Shown: piece after piece, positions 38,030 through 47,814 of the stretch | Layout: each line of letters starts with the position of its first letter | Numbering within the stretch: position 1 is the stretch's first letter | Source: an uncultured Acetobacteraceae bacterium | Lineage (GTDB): Bacteria > Pseudomonadota > Alphaproteobacteria > Acetobacterales > Acetobacteraceae | Length of the DNA stretch: 64,000 nt | Reading direction: 5' to 3' | NCBI GenBank assembly: GCA_964242565.1 | Contig: CAXTCT010000001.1 | Coordinates: 500-64,499, forward strand | Notes under the pieces: model-generated | Told to the model about the DNA's origin: nothing | Seen by the model: the letters and a program-made list of their open reading frames with translations, nothing else | The model's database searches: none | Position numbers and translations under genes: made by a program

Positions 38030-39115
38030 TCAATCGTTCATCGGGTAGGATGCCATCAGGCGGCGCTGCGTAAGCCAGTCTCTGGCCATCTGTCGCAATC
38101 CGCTGCTTTTGAAACCCACTGCCCGGTTCGCGGCACCGATCTCGAAAGCCTGCCGATAATGCCCGAACTGGTCTCTGTAGGCGTCGCGAAGACGGGTTGT
38201 CGGATCCCAGATGTGGGTGGCCTCTGATCCCACGCCGTTAATCTCGATGATGCGAAATCCTTCACCGCGCCTGAGGCTGGCGACATTCTGGTAGCGGACA
38301 TCAAGCCGACCAAAATGAAAGTCAGGAATGTCGGCGATGATCCGGTGGATGGCCGCGTTCAGGGCGGGGGTAATGTCCAGGGCTCCATTCGCGAAGATAG
38401 ATCCTTTGCAATGGTTGCCGGCGAAAACCAGCCTCAACGGAACGCCCGGCTCAAGCACCTCGTGTAGGCGGAATTGAAGGCGCGGCGTGTAGAGATGGGG
38501 GACCAGCCGAGTGCGCGGATCGGCCATGATCAAGTCGAGGATGCTGGATCTGCCGTCGCCAAACAGAATAGGCGCCTTCTTGTGGGTCAGCGAGGTAATC
38601 CTGCCAACGGCCGATTGTGGATGGCGAATATAGAATAACCCGGCCTCTCCTTCGTAGGGGATCAATTCCTGTAAAATTAGTTCCACGCCTCTTGGAAATG
38701 AGGCCAGCGCCTGGACCAGAGCGCTCCTGTCTTCGGCAAGTCGCACGCCTGTTCCGTTGCAGCCGATGTCAGGCTTGACGACGACGGGAAGGTACAAACC
38801 TTCACTGGCCATAAGCGCGGTGGCACGGACCTCGTCCTGCTCGCCGGTGGTAAAGCAGACGTAGCGCGCGATCCAGGATGCTGCGACCGGGCCGGCTTGA
38901 TCAAGGATGGAGCTCTTGCTTTCCCCGCACAAACCGCCAGTCGAGATGCGTGGGTTGGCCGCGGTTGGAAGGCTGAAATCCCGATAGCGAAGCCCGAGCG
39001 CAATCCAGTAAGCAACAACCGGCAAGTAGAAAATCCAGTCCGGCCAAAATTCGAAGGTGGACACCTGCGACGGCTCGCCAGGCGGTTGGGCGGCAACGCT
39101 CGCCAAGTCACTCAT
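38030..39115 (-). CDS. ATP-grasp protein (D-Ala-D-Ala ligase-like family)
   Basis: VVKPDIGCNG.GV, LQE, GNHCKG, GRLDVR, IIEING..SE.THIWD. Confidence 0.8.
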   Translation of the reverse strand: MSDLASVAAQPPGEPSQVSTFEFWPDWIFYLPVVAYWIALGLRYRDFSLPTAANPRISTGGLCGESKSSILDQAGPVAASWIARYVCFTTGEQDEVRATALMASEGLYLPVVVKPDIGCNGTGVRLAEDRSALVQALASFPRGVELILQELIPYEGEAGLFYIRHPQSAVGRITSLTHKKAPILFGDGRSSILDLIMADPRTRLVPHLYTPRLQFRLHEVLEPGVPLRLVFAGNHCKGSIFANGALDITPALNAAIHRIIADIPDFHFGRLDVRYQNVASLRRGEGFRIIEINGVGSEATHIWDPTTRLRDAYRDQFGHYRQAFEIGAANRAVGFKSSGLRQMARDWLTQRRLMASYPMND

Positions 39116-39690
39116 GCCGACTCATCCTGGAAGTGGGCGATGATGCGCCCGGTCGCGACGATCACGATGACGAAGCCGACCGCACCGGCCCATCGCCATG
39201 CACCGAAATGCTCCATCAGTAAACGGCCGACGCGCATCGACACGAGGAACAGCAGGCTGGTCCAGATCGAGGTCGCGACCACGGCGGCGAGAGCGAATCG
39301 CGGAAAGCTTGCACCCAGGAAGCCGCAGGCAGTGTAGGTCGGAAGCCGTGCGCCCGGGATAAACCGGCTCACGAAGACAACACGGAACACCCGCCCCGAA
39401 AGCCAGCGGCGGCCACGCGCATGGCGGTCGGCGGAAAACAGGCGGTTGATCCAGGGCCACTGAGCGGCGAGCGCGCCCAACCCGTAAAGGCCAAGATCTC
39501 CGAGCACGATGCCTGCATAAAGGGCCGCCAAGGCAATAGCTGGCCGGATGCTGCCATCCTGGACCTGCATGGCAGCCAACATGGTGGCGGCATCTTCCAG
39601 GATGAAGGTGCCAAGGATAATGGCACAAGCCTGATAAAGAGGATGCGCTCCTGCTGCCTTCATAAGGCCGGAGACAGACAACGAGATCAT
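39112..39690 (-). CDS. DedA/VTT family membrane protein
   Basis: TFILED, GIVLGD..LY.LG, SRFIPG.R...Y..CG. Confidence 0.88.
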   Translation of the reverse strand: MISLSVSGLMKAAGAHPLYQACAIILGTFILEDAATMLAAMQVQDGSIRPAIALAALYAGIVLGDLGLYGLGALAAQWPWINRLFSADRHARGRRWLSGRVFRVVFVSRFIPGARLPTYTACGFLGASFPRFALAAVVATSIWTSLLFLVSMRVGRLLMEHFGAWRWAGAVGFVIVIVATGRIIAHFQDESA

Positions 39691-39827
39691 CTATGACCGG
39701 ATGAACAGGGTGCGAATGGACAAGCTGGGGGCGGCGGAGCAAGCAGGCACACGAGCGTCGGGCGCATCAGATACAAGCGCAGGGCAATGTCCAAAAAAAT
39801 GCTCCCGTCGCTTGGCGTGTTCAATAT

Positions 39828-39990
39828 CGGCGAGAGTGGCCAACGTCACCTGTTTTCTCGGCTTCCGTCCCCGGGCGGAGGTATGACTTCCGGAAACCGG
39901 ACCCACGGCACCCTGGAAATGCTTTTCGCCCGGAAGTGCCGCGAGTTCCCTCGCGGGCCGGCGCAAAGTGACGCTTTGCCATCTCCTCCC
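39828..39990. ncRNA. Candidate ~160-nt structured non-coding RNA
   Basis: Nested complementarity in an intergenic region: GAGAGTGGC..CGTCAC/GTGACG..GCCATCTC, CCGGGCG/CGCCCGG, TTCC/GGAA, side hairpin CCGCGAG-TTCC-CTCGCGG. Confidence 0.5.
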
Positions 39991-40073
39991 AAGCGCCCAA
40001 GCCGACACACAGTTGCCGCCCATCTTTCACGAAGCTGACTTCGCTAGGTAGATCAGCTAGGCTGCCATGGCAG

Positions 40074-40550
40074 TTGGAGGAAAAGATGGTCGCGGTGAAG
40101 CAAAAGCGGAGTAGCCCACGCGCGAAAGCGGGCTTGGATAATGAAGCGGCCCTTGGCCGGGATCAGCATCTCGTCGTGGAGCCGCGGGCTTGGCCTGCGG
40201 TCGAGGCCGCCCCTCGGCTTGAAGCGGAGCGGGCGGAAATCCAACAGACAGCCGAAAAACCTGGGGCGCCGGATTGCCTGTTGACAAAAATCGGCACGCC
40301 AATCCTCGTGGCATCCTTGATTTTCGACGGGGACTGGTATCGGCGCGAATATCCGGACGTGGCGGCAGCCAGCATGGATCCGGTCAAGCATTACTTCGAC
40401 AATGGCAGCCGCGAAGGCCGCAATCCGAACCGGTATTTCGATACGAATTGGTATGCGAGCAATAATCCGGACGTTGCGGCGGCAGGTCTAAATCCTTTCC
40501 TGCATTACCTGCTTTACGGAGCATTGGAAGGCCGCGAGCCGGCCCCTTGA
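40074..40550 (+). CDS. Protein with two FD..WY...PDV....P..HY...G..EGR.P repeats
   Basis: Two tandem ~38-aa repeats in the C-terminal half; start uncertain. Confidence 0.75.
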   Translation: MEEKMVAVKQKRSSPRAKAGLDNEAALGRDQHLVVEPRAWPAVEAAPRLEAERAEIQQTAEKPGAPDCLLTKIGTPILVASLIFDGDWYRREYPDVAAASMDPVKHYFDNGSREGRNPNRYFDTNWYASNNPDVAAAGLNPFLHYLLYGALEGREPAP

Positions 40551-40700
40551 ACGTCAGGGCTGTGAAGCGGTGACAGCTGAATGCCGCCGCCCGAAGGCAG
40601 TTCAAGGCGGACCACCGACTCACTCGATCGTTCAGGGAAATAATTACGATTGTCGCCTTTTTAGCTGTCCTGTTCGTGAAGCCTGTGGCAGAGGGCAAGC

Positions 40701-41708
40701 ATGATCCCGCGTCGGACCCTTGTGGCAGCAGCAGCAGAGGTCGTCCTGCTGCAGGCGCAGGTGCTCGCGCATTCGCCCCTTTTCATCGCTCGTGCGGCAA
40801 GGCGGCGGCAACCGGACTCCTACGCAGATTTCCTGGGCCGAGTGCGGATCCAGGCGCTGCGATTGGGCGTCAACGCCTCGATCCTGGACGTCGCCCTTGC
40901 TCTGGATCGTCCCAATCCACGCGTTCAGACGCTTGATCGGCACCAGCCGGAATTCACGCTCAGCTGGAGCCAGTACCGGTTGCGCGTGCTCACCGAGCGC
41001 AAGCTGCAGGCAGCCCGCATCGCCTATCAGGGGCGCCTGCAGCTGCTGACCCGGATCTGGCAACGCTATCAAGTCGACCCACGTATTGCCGTCGCGATCT
41101 GGGGTCTCGAATCCAATTATGGGAGCCGTAGCGGCACATTCGGCGTGGTCGATGCGCTGGCAACGCTTGCCTTTTACGGACGTCGCGCCGTCTTCTTCCA
41201 TGCCGAGTTGATGGAAGCCTTGTGCATCCTGCAGCAGCGCGACATCGAGCCCGACCGCATGCTGGGAAGCTACGCCGGCGCGATGGGACAGCCGCAATTC
41301 ATGCCGAGCTCCTACCGCCGCTACGCGGTGGACTATGACGGCGATGGTCGACGCGACATCTGGTCCAACGAGCCGGATGTGCTGGCCTCGATCTCGAACT
41401 ACCTGTCGCAGAACGGCTGGTCCGCAGGCGCTCCATGGGGACAGCCGGTCTCGATGTCGCGGAATCTCGATGTCGCGCAGAACCGCCGGGACCCTCCGCG
41501 ACCGCTCGATGAATGGATGCGCCTCGGCGTGCGCCGGGCCGACGGCGCGCGATTTTCGCGCCCCGATGTGACAGGCTCCCTCCTGCTTCCGGATGGGGCC
41601 GGGGGCGACGCCTTCATGGTCTATAGCAACTTCAACGTGATCCGCCGCTACAACCCTTCGGATTACTACGGCCTGGCCGTCGGCCTGCTCGCCAGCGGCA
41701 CGGCGTGA
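40701..41708 (+). CDS. Lytic murein transglycosylase (MltB family)
   Basis: QPEF, IWGLESNYG, GSYAGAMGQPQFMPSS, DYDGDGRRDIW, YN.S..Y. Confidence 0.93.
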   Translation: MIPRRTLVAAAAEVVLLQAQVLAHSPLFIARAARRRQPDSYADFLGRVRIQALRLGVNASILDVALALDRPNPRVQTLDRHQPEFTLSWSQYRLRVLTERKLQAARIAYQGRLQLLTRIWQRYQVDPRIAVAIWGLESNYGSRSGTFGVVDALATLAFYGRRAVFFHAELMEALCILQQRDIEPDRMLGSYAGAMGQPQFMPSSYRRYAVDYDGDGRRDIWSNEPDVLASISNYLSQNGWSAGAPWGQPVSMSRNLDVAQNRRDPPRPLDEWMRLGVRRADGARFSRPDVTGSLLLPDGAGGDAFMVYSNFNVIRRYNPSDYYGLAVGLLASGTA

Positions 41709-42601
41709 GACCCGTCCTTGCCACCGTCATCCTCGTGCTCGGATGCCTGGAGACCAGCGGCTGCGGACGCCGCCAGCCGCCACCTGAGCAGAGGACGGAG
41801 CCACGCTATACGTTGGGAGCGCCCTGGCAGAGCGACGGCTATTGGTTCTATCCGGCGGAACAACTCGCCTACCAGGCTGCTGGCCTGGCGGTCGTCGATG
41901 CGCCCGAACCGGGGACGACCCGCAGGACTGCGGACGGCGAGACCTACGACCCGGAGCGGCTTGCCGCTTCCCACCAGACCCTGCAGCTACCGGTTGTGCT
42001 GCGTGTCCGCAACCTCGAGAATGGACGCGAGATCCTGCTGCGGGTGAATGATCGGGGGCCGGCCTCGCCGGGACGCCTGCTCTCCGTCACTCCGCATGCA
42101 GCCCGCCTTCTCGGCATGGTCCCGGGGCGGGCGACGCGCGTTCGGCTCGAGGAAGACCAGCGCCTCAGCCAGGATCTGCTCGACCAGGTCGTTGATGCGC
42201 CGAAGCCGGACGTCATCGCAGCGCCCGTGGGCGTTGTGCAGGAGCAATCGCTCATGAACCGGTCCCAGGCCGAGATCGCGGATTCCCGCCTGTCATTGAT
42301 GACAATCCCTGCTCAACAGCACCCGTTGCCGCAAGGATTTCCTACCCGGCCTGTTGAGGCCGTCACCATGGAACCGGTCGAGCCCGGCCAGCTCTGGATC
42401 GATGCCGGTCACTTCATGCAGCCGATATATGCCCGCCGCCTCGCCGCCGAACTGGCCGGAACCGTCCGCCAGGAAGGCCACGGCCGATCGGCGGTATTCC
42501 TTGTGCGGGTTGGCCCCTTCAATCTGCCGGCCGAGGCTGATGCGGCACTGGACCATGCACGCGCCGCCGGAGTAACCGGTGCGCGTATCATCGTTGAGTA
42601 G
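41705..42601 (+). CDS. rlpA: Septal ring lytic transglycosylase RlpA family
   Basis: TADGETYD, H.TL.LP..LRVRNLENGR, RVNDRGP, C-terminal SPOR-like VRVGPF. Confidence 0.85.
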   Translation: MRPVLATVILVLGCLETSGCGRRQPPPEQRTEPRYTLGAPWQSDGYWFYPAEQLAYQAAGLAVVDAPEPGTTRRTADGETYDPERLAASHQTLQLPVVLRVRNLENGREILLRVNDRGPASPGRLLSVTPHAARLLGMVPGRATRVRLEEDQRLSQDLLDQVVDAPKPDVIAAPVGVVQEQSLMNRSQAEIADSRLSLMTIPAQQHPLPQGFPTRPVEAVTMEPVEPGQLWIDAGHFMQPIYARRLAAELAGTVRQEGHGRSAVFLVRVGPFNLPAEADAALDHARAAGVTGARIIVE

Positions 42602-42610
42602 GGACCGACG

Positions 42611-43840
42611 TTGCCCAGCAGAAGACACTTCCTGATCAACGCGGGCGGGATCACGGCCCTCGCGTTGTGCGGCTTGCCCGCCGCCGCCTATTCGCGGGTC
42701 CGGCATGCCAAGCCCGCCCTTTCCCCCGATAGCCCGCCTGACGATGCGGTTCCGACCAGTCCCGCCGAAACGCCGATCGGTCCGCTCGATACGCAGGCGC
42801 GTTGGGCCTTTATCATCGACGCCACTACCGGGACCGTCCTGCTGCAGAAGGCGGCCGACGATCTGATGCCGCCATCCTCGCTGACCAAGATGATGACCGC
42901 CTATCTTGTGTTCTCCGCCCTCAGCCAGAACCGCCTGAAACCTGAGCAGACCCTGCCGGTCAGCGAGAAGGCCTGGCGGATGCAGGGATCCAAGATGTTC
43001 GTCCCGCTCGGACAACAGGTCAGCGTGGAGGACCTGATCCGGGGCATGCTGATCCAGTCCGGCAACGACGCCTGTATCGTGCTGTCCGAGGGCTTGGCGG
43101 GTTCGGAGGAGCAGTTTGTCGTCCTGATGAACCAGGAGGCGCAACGCCTCGGGCTTACCCATTCGACGTTCCGCAACGCGACCGGCTGGCCGGATCCGGA
43201 GCATCATATGTCGGCCCGGGACGTCGCGGTGCTGGCCTTCCATCTGATCAAAGACTATCCGCAATATTACCATTTTTTTTCTGAGAAAGATTATAAGTAC
43301 AACGACATAGCGCAAGGTAACCGCAATATTCTGGTCGACAAGGGTCTTGCCGACGGGCTCAAGACGGGCCACACCGACGCCGGCGGCTTCGGCCTCTGCG
43401 CCAGCTCGCAGCGGGATGGGCGACGCATCATCGAAGTGTTGAACGGCCTGCCCTCGTCGCGGGCGCGGGCGGAGGAGGGTGAGCGTCTGTTGAGCTGGGC
43501 GTTCGCCAACTTCGAGGATGTTCGCCTGTTCGCAAAGAACGAGGTCGTCCAGTCCGTGCCGGTCTGGATGGGAAGGCAACGCATCGTCCCGGTCGCCCCG
43601 GCTGCCGACGTGGTGCTGACCCTGCCGCATGGCTGGCGCAGCCGCGCCAAGATCCGGGTCGATTTCCAGTCGCCGGTGCAGGCGCCGGTGGCGGCCGGGC
43701 AGGGGGTCGCGCAGCTCGTCGTCTCCGGCACCGGCCTGCCGGATCTGCAGGTGCCGTTGCTCGCAACCCGTGCAGTGCCGCGTCTGGCATTGCCTGACCG
43801 GGCCCTTGCGGTGCTAGGGCACGCGGTCGGCGGTGGCTGA
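42611..43840 (+). CDS. D-alanyl-D-alanine carboxypeptidase (PBP5/6)
   Basis: SLTK (SxxK), SGN (SxN), KTG; Tat-like SRRHFL leader. Confidence 0.93.
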   Translation: MPSRRHFLINAGGITALALCGLPAAAYSRVRHAKPALSPDSPPDDAVPTSPAETPIGPLDTQARWAFIIDATTGTVLLQKAADDLMPPSSLTKMMTAYLVFSALSQNRLKPEQTLPVSEKAWRMQGSKMFVPLGQQVSVEDLIRGMLIQSGNDACIVLSEGLAGSEEQFVVLMNQEAQRLGLTHSTFRNATGWPDPEHHMSARDVAVLAFHLIKDYPQYYHFFSEKDYKYNDIAQGNRNILVDKGLADGLKTGHTDAGGFGLCASSQRDGRRIIEVLNGLPSSRARAEEGERLLSWAFANFEDVRLFAKNEVVQSVPVWMGRQRIVPVAPAADVVLTLPHGWRSRAKIRVDFQSPVQAPVAAGQGVAQLVVSGTGLPDLQVPLLATRAVPRLALPDRALAVLGHAVGGG

Positions 43841-43843
43841 TCC

Positions 43844-44473
43844 ATGGCCGGCCTGCTGATCACCGTGGAAGGCGGCGAGGGCGCGGGCAAGACCACGCAG
43901 ACCCGCCTATTGGCCGACATTCTGGCAGCGCGCGGCCACGATGTTCTGCTGACGCGCGAACCCGGCGGTACCCGAGGCGCCGAAGCGCTCCGGCATTTCC
44001 TGCTTGCCCGGGATCACGGCCTTGGCCTCCGGGCCGAGGCGATGGTGCATTTCGCAGCACGGGTCGATCACGTCGACCTCAGCATACGGCCTGCCCTGGC
44101 AGCCGGCCGCATCGTCCTCTGCGACCGCTTCTTCGACTCGACTATGGCCTACCAGGGCTATGGCCTTGGACATGGTGACCCGGCGCTGCTCGGCTTTATC
44201 GAACACCTGACTGTCCTTCTCGACGTGCAGCCGAGCCTCACCCTGGTCCTGGACCTGCCGCGCAGCGAGGGACGCCGACGGCTGCAGCAGCGCGGGGAAG
44301 CCAGCGACCGCTACGAGGTCATGGAGGAGGAATTCCATGCCCGGGTCGCGGAAGGCTTCCGGATCATCGCAAGCCGGGAGCCGCAACGCTGCACCCTGAT
44401 CTCCTCGGCGGGCTCGATCGACACGGTGCAGCAGCGCCTGCTGGCCGCGCTGGAGCCCTTCCTTCCGAAATGA
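43844..44473 (+). CDS. tmk: Thymidylate kinase
   Basis: EGGEGAGKTTQ, TREPGG, CDRF.DS..AYQG. Confidence 0.96.
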   Translation: MAGLLITVEGGEGAGKTTQTRLLADILAARGHDVLLTREPGGTRGAEALRHFLLARDHGLGLRAEAMVHFAARVDHVDLSIRPALAAGRIVLCDRFFDSTMAYQGYGLGHGDPALLGFIEHLTVLLDVQPSLTLVLDLPRSEGRRRLQQRGEASDRYEVMEEEFHARVAEGFRIIASREPQRCTLISSAGSIDTVQQRLLAALEPFLPK

Positions 44474-45429
44474 GCGCGCCCCCGGGCCAGGTTCTCGGAC
44501 AGGCGGAGGCCGAGGCCGGCTTCATGCATGCCTGGCTGGGTCGCCGCCTGCATCATGCCTGGCTGCTCACGGGACCAGCCGGCATCGGCAAGGCCACCCT
44601 GGCGATCCGCCTTGCCTGCATTGTTCTCGCGGGGGACGATCCTGAGGCAGCCGCGCGCCGGGTCAATGCCGGAACCCACGCGGACCTGCTGGTCGTCGCC
44701 CGGGCGATGGACGAGAAGCGCCAGCGCTTGCGCTCGGAAATCGTGATCGACGACGTCCGCCCGGTCAGTGCTTTCCTCCGTCGCACTGCCGCCGAAGGAG
44801 GCTGGCGCGTGGTGATCATCGATGGCGCCGAGCATCTCAACCGTAACGCGGCCAATGCGCTGCTCAAGCTGCTGGAGGAACCTCCCGAGCGGGCGCTGAT
44901 CCTGCTGGTCTGTGCCGCACCGGGGCGGCTGCCGCCGACGATACGCAGCCGTTGCCGCACCCTGCGGCTGACCCCGTTGGATGAGGCAGCGATGCAGCAG
45001 ATTCTGCGCCATCTTCTTCCGGATGTAACCGAATCCGAACGCCGGACCCTGATCACCCTCAGTGGCGGCTCGCCGGGACGCGCCTTGGCTTTGGCGGCGG
45101 AGGATGGCGTCGCCCTGTCCGCTCTTGTCGATGGTGTCCTGGCTCAGCATGACCGGCCTCCCGGCCTGTGGTCGTATCAACTCGCTGATACGGTGCTACG
45201 ACGTGATAACGGCTTTTCGATCTTCATCGGCTTGTTGTCCGGGGCCATTTCCACGACGATACGCGCGGGCCTGCGTGGCGACCGTCCCGGTGACACCTGC
45301 GCCCGGCCTGCACCTGTTGCATGGGCAACCTTATATGATGAGCTGGCTCGGCTGCGTGACGAGACTGAAAGCCTCAACCTGGATAAACGCCAGGCCTTGC
45401 TCATGGGCCTGAGCCTGCTGAGCGGATGA
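44470..45429 (+). CDS. holB: DNA polymerase III subunit delta'
   Basis: HAWLL.GP.GIGK, AANALLK.LEEP, PTIRSRC; follows tmk. Confidence 0.93.
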   Translation: MSAPPGQVLGQAEAEAGFMHAWLGRRLHHAWLLTGPAGIGKATLAIRLACIVLAGDDPEAAARRVNAGTHADLLVVARAMDEKRQRLRSEIVIDDVRPVSAFLRRTAAEGGWRVVIIDGAEHLNRNAANALLKLLEEPPERALILLVCAAPGRLPPTIRSRCRTLRLTPLDEAAMQQILRHLLPDVTESERRTLITLSGGSPGRALALAAEDGVALSALVDGVLAQHDRPPGLWSYQLADTVLRRDNGFSIFIGLLSGAISTTIRAGLRGDRPGDTCARPAPVAWATLYDELARLRDETESLNLDKRQALLMGLSLLSG

Positions 45430-46982
45430 TGACAAAGCATTATTTCATTACAACTCCCATCTATTACGTGAATGGCTCGCCACATATCGGGCATGCCTAC
45501 ACCTCGATCGCGGCCGATATCCTGGCACGCTGGAAGCGGCTCGACGGCTTTGAGGTTTTCTTCCTGACCGGGACCGATGAGCATGGCCAGAAGGTCGAGC
45601 AGGCGGCGATCGCAGCGGGACTGGCGCCGCAGCAATTCGCCGACAAGGTTTCCGCGTCCTTCCGGGCCATGGCCGATGCCCTCGGCATTTCCTACGACGA
45701 CTTCGTCCGCACCACCGAGAGCCGCCATGTCGAAGCCTGCACCGCCTTTTGGCGCCGCCTGGAACAGGCCGGGCAGATCTATGAGGACGCCTACGAGGGA
45801 TGGTACGCGCTGCGCGACGAAAGCTTCTACGGCGACGACGAGCTGACCCTGCACGCGGACGGGACGCGTACCGCGCCCAGCGGCGCCCCCGTGCAATGGG
45901 TCCGCGAGCCGTCCTATTTCTTCCGCCTGTCCGAGTGGCAGGAACGACTGCTCGCCTTCTACGACGCCAACCCGGACTTCATCGGCCCACCCGCCCGGCG
46001 CAACGAGATCGTCAGTTTCGTGCGCCAGGGTCTGAGGGATCTGTCGATCAGCCGCACCAGCTTCAGCTGGGGAGTGCCGGTGCCGGGCGATCCGGCGCAT
46101 GTCATGTATGTCTGGTGGGACGCGCTGGTGAACTACATCACCGCCCTCGGCTATCCCGACATGACCAACCCGCGCTGGACCTTTTGGCCGGCCGATCTGC
46201 ATCTGGTCGGCAAGGAGATCGCGCGCTTCCACGCCGTCTACTGGCCTGCCTTCCTGATGGCTGCCGGCCTCGAGGCGCCAAAGCGGGTCTACTCGCACGG
46301 CTGGTGGACGATCGACGGCGAAAAGATGAGCAAGTCGGTCGGCAACGTCGTTGATCCGCAAAGTCTCGCCAAAGCGTTCGGCGCCGATGCCATGCGCTTC
46401 TTCCTGATGCGCGAGGTGCCGTTCGGCGGCGACGGCGATTACAGCCGCAAGGCCCTGATCGCACGCCTCAACATCGAGCTCGCCAATGACCTTGGCAATC
46501 TCGCCCAGCGCACGCTCTCGCTGATCGCCCGCAACTGCGACGGCCGGCTGCCGCCGCGCCGCGTCCTCACCGAGCCCGACATCCTGCTGCTGGCGCAAGC
46601 CGATGCCTTGCCCGCGCTGATGGGCGAGCAGTTCGACCGTCAGGCGTTGCACGAGGCGATCGAGGCGGTCTGGCGCGTAATCCGGGCGGGCAACGGATAT
46701 ATCGATCGCCAGGCGCCCTGGGCGTTGAAAAGGACCGATCCCGCCCGGATGGCGGACGTGCTGCGCGTGCTTGCGGACACCCTGCGCATCGTCGCGACTG
46801 TGCTGCAGCCGGTCATGCCCTCCAGCATGGCCGCGATGCTCGACCAGCTTGGGGTCGCCCAGGATCGACGCCAGATCGCAGCCCTGTCGGTGCCACTGCC
46901 TGACCTGACCCCGCTTCCCGCGCCAAAGGGCATCTTCCCGCGTCATGTGGAGCCTGCCGCAGCGGCCGACGCTTCCCGATGA
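45426..46982 (+). CDS. metG: Methionine--tRNA ligase
   Basis: TTPIYYVN..PHIGH, GTDEHGQK, YVWWDAL.NY, KMSKS. Confidence 0.97.
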   Translation: MMTKHYFITTPIYYVNGSPHIGHAYTSIAADILARWKRLDGFEVFFLTGTDEHGQKVEQAAIAAGLAPQQFADKVSASFRAMADALGISYDDFVRTTESRHVEACTAFWRRLEQAGQIYEDAYEGWYALRDESFYGDDELTLHADGTRTAPSGAPVQWVREPSYFFRLSEWQERLLAFYDANPDFIGPPARRNEIVSFVRQGLRDLSISRTSFSWGVPVPGDPAHVMYVWWDALVNYITALGYPDMTNPRWTFWPADLHLVGKEIARFHAVYWPAFLMAAGLEAPKRVYSHGWWTIDGEKMSKSVGNVVDPQSLAKAFGADAMRFFLMREVPFGGDGDYSRKALIARLNIELANDLGNLAQRTLSLIARNCDGRLPPRRVLTEPDILLLAQADALPALMGEQFDRQALHEAIEAVWRVIRAGNGYIDRQAPWALKRTDPARMADVLRVLADTLRIVATVLQPVMPSSMAAMLDQLGVAQDRRQIAALSVPLPDLTPLPAPKGIFPRHVEPAAAADASR

Positions 46983-47809
46983 GCCTCCACGCCGGGATCC
47001 CCGCGCCTTTGATCGACAGCCACTGCCATCTCGACCGGTTCGAGCCTCAAGAGTTGCCGGCTATCCTCGGTCGCGCCCAAGCCGCCGGCGTTTGCGCGAT
47101 GGTGACGATCGGTACCCGCCTGTCCGAAGCGGCGCGCCAGATCGCGCTCGCCGAACTTTCCAGGCCAGGGCTCGATATCTGGTGCACGATCGGCACGCAT
47201 CCCGACCACGTGGACGAGGAAAAGCTGCCCGTGCCGCATGAGCTGGCAGCCCGTGCCCGGCCGCTCCGTGTCATCGGCATCGGCGAATCGGGCCTGGATT
47301 ATTTTCATGGTGTCCCGGAGATCCGCCCTACCCAGCAGGCCAGCTTCCGGGCCCACATCCGTGCCGCGCGGCTCGCCGACCTGCCCCTGGTCATCCACGC
47401 CAGAAACGCCGACGACGACATGATCGCCATTCTGGAGGAGGAACACCGCGCCGGTGGCCGCTTCCGCTTCCTGCTGCATTGCTTCAGCTCCGGCGCCGCG
47501 TTGGCCACGCGCGCACTCGCCCTGGGCGGCTACATCAGCTTCTCCGGCATCCTGACCTTTCCCAAATCGGACGCCCTGCGTGACATCGCCCGCGAAGTCC
47601 CACTGGACCGGCTGCTGGTCGAAACCGATGCGCCCTTCCTTGCCCCGGTGCCCTATCGCGGCCGGCGCAACGAGCCCGCATTCGTGGCTCACACCGCCGC
47701 GATCCTTGCGCAACTGCGCGGATTGCCCGACGCGGTGCTGCACGAACAAACCAGACGGAATTTCTACCGCCTGTTCAGTAAGGCGGCCCAGATCACGATG
47801 CGGGCCTGA
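46979..47809 (+). CDS. TatD family hydrolase
   Basis: DSHCHL, GESGLDY, IHAR, HCFS, ETDAPFLAP. Confidence 0.94.
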   Translation: MSLHAGIPAPLIDSHCHLDRFEPQELPAILGRAQAAGVCAMVTIGTRLSEAARQIALAELSRPGLDIWCTIGTHPDHVDEEKLPVPHELAARARPLRVIGIGESGLDYFHGVPEIRPTQQASFRAHIRAARLADLPLVIHARNADDDMIAILEEEHRAGGRFRFLLHCFSSGAALATRALALGGYISFSGILTFPKSDALRDIAREVPLDRLLVETDAPFLAPVPYRGRRNEPAFVAHTAAILAQLRGLPDAVLHEQTRRNFYRLFSKAAQITMRA

Positions 47810-47814
47810 GGGCA

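Noticed and set aside
45177-46946. 589-aa - strand ORF (and similar long antisense ORFs over dac, prkA and spoVR)
   Set aside because: Shadows of clearly identified genes on the opposite strand
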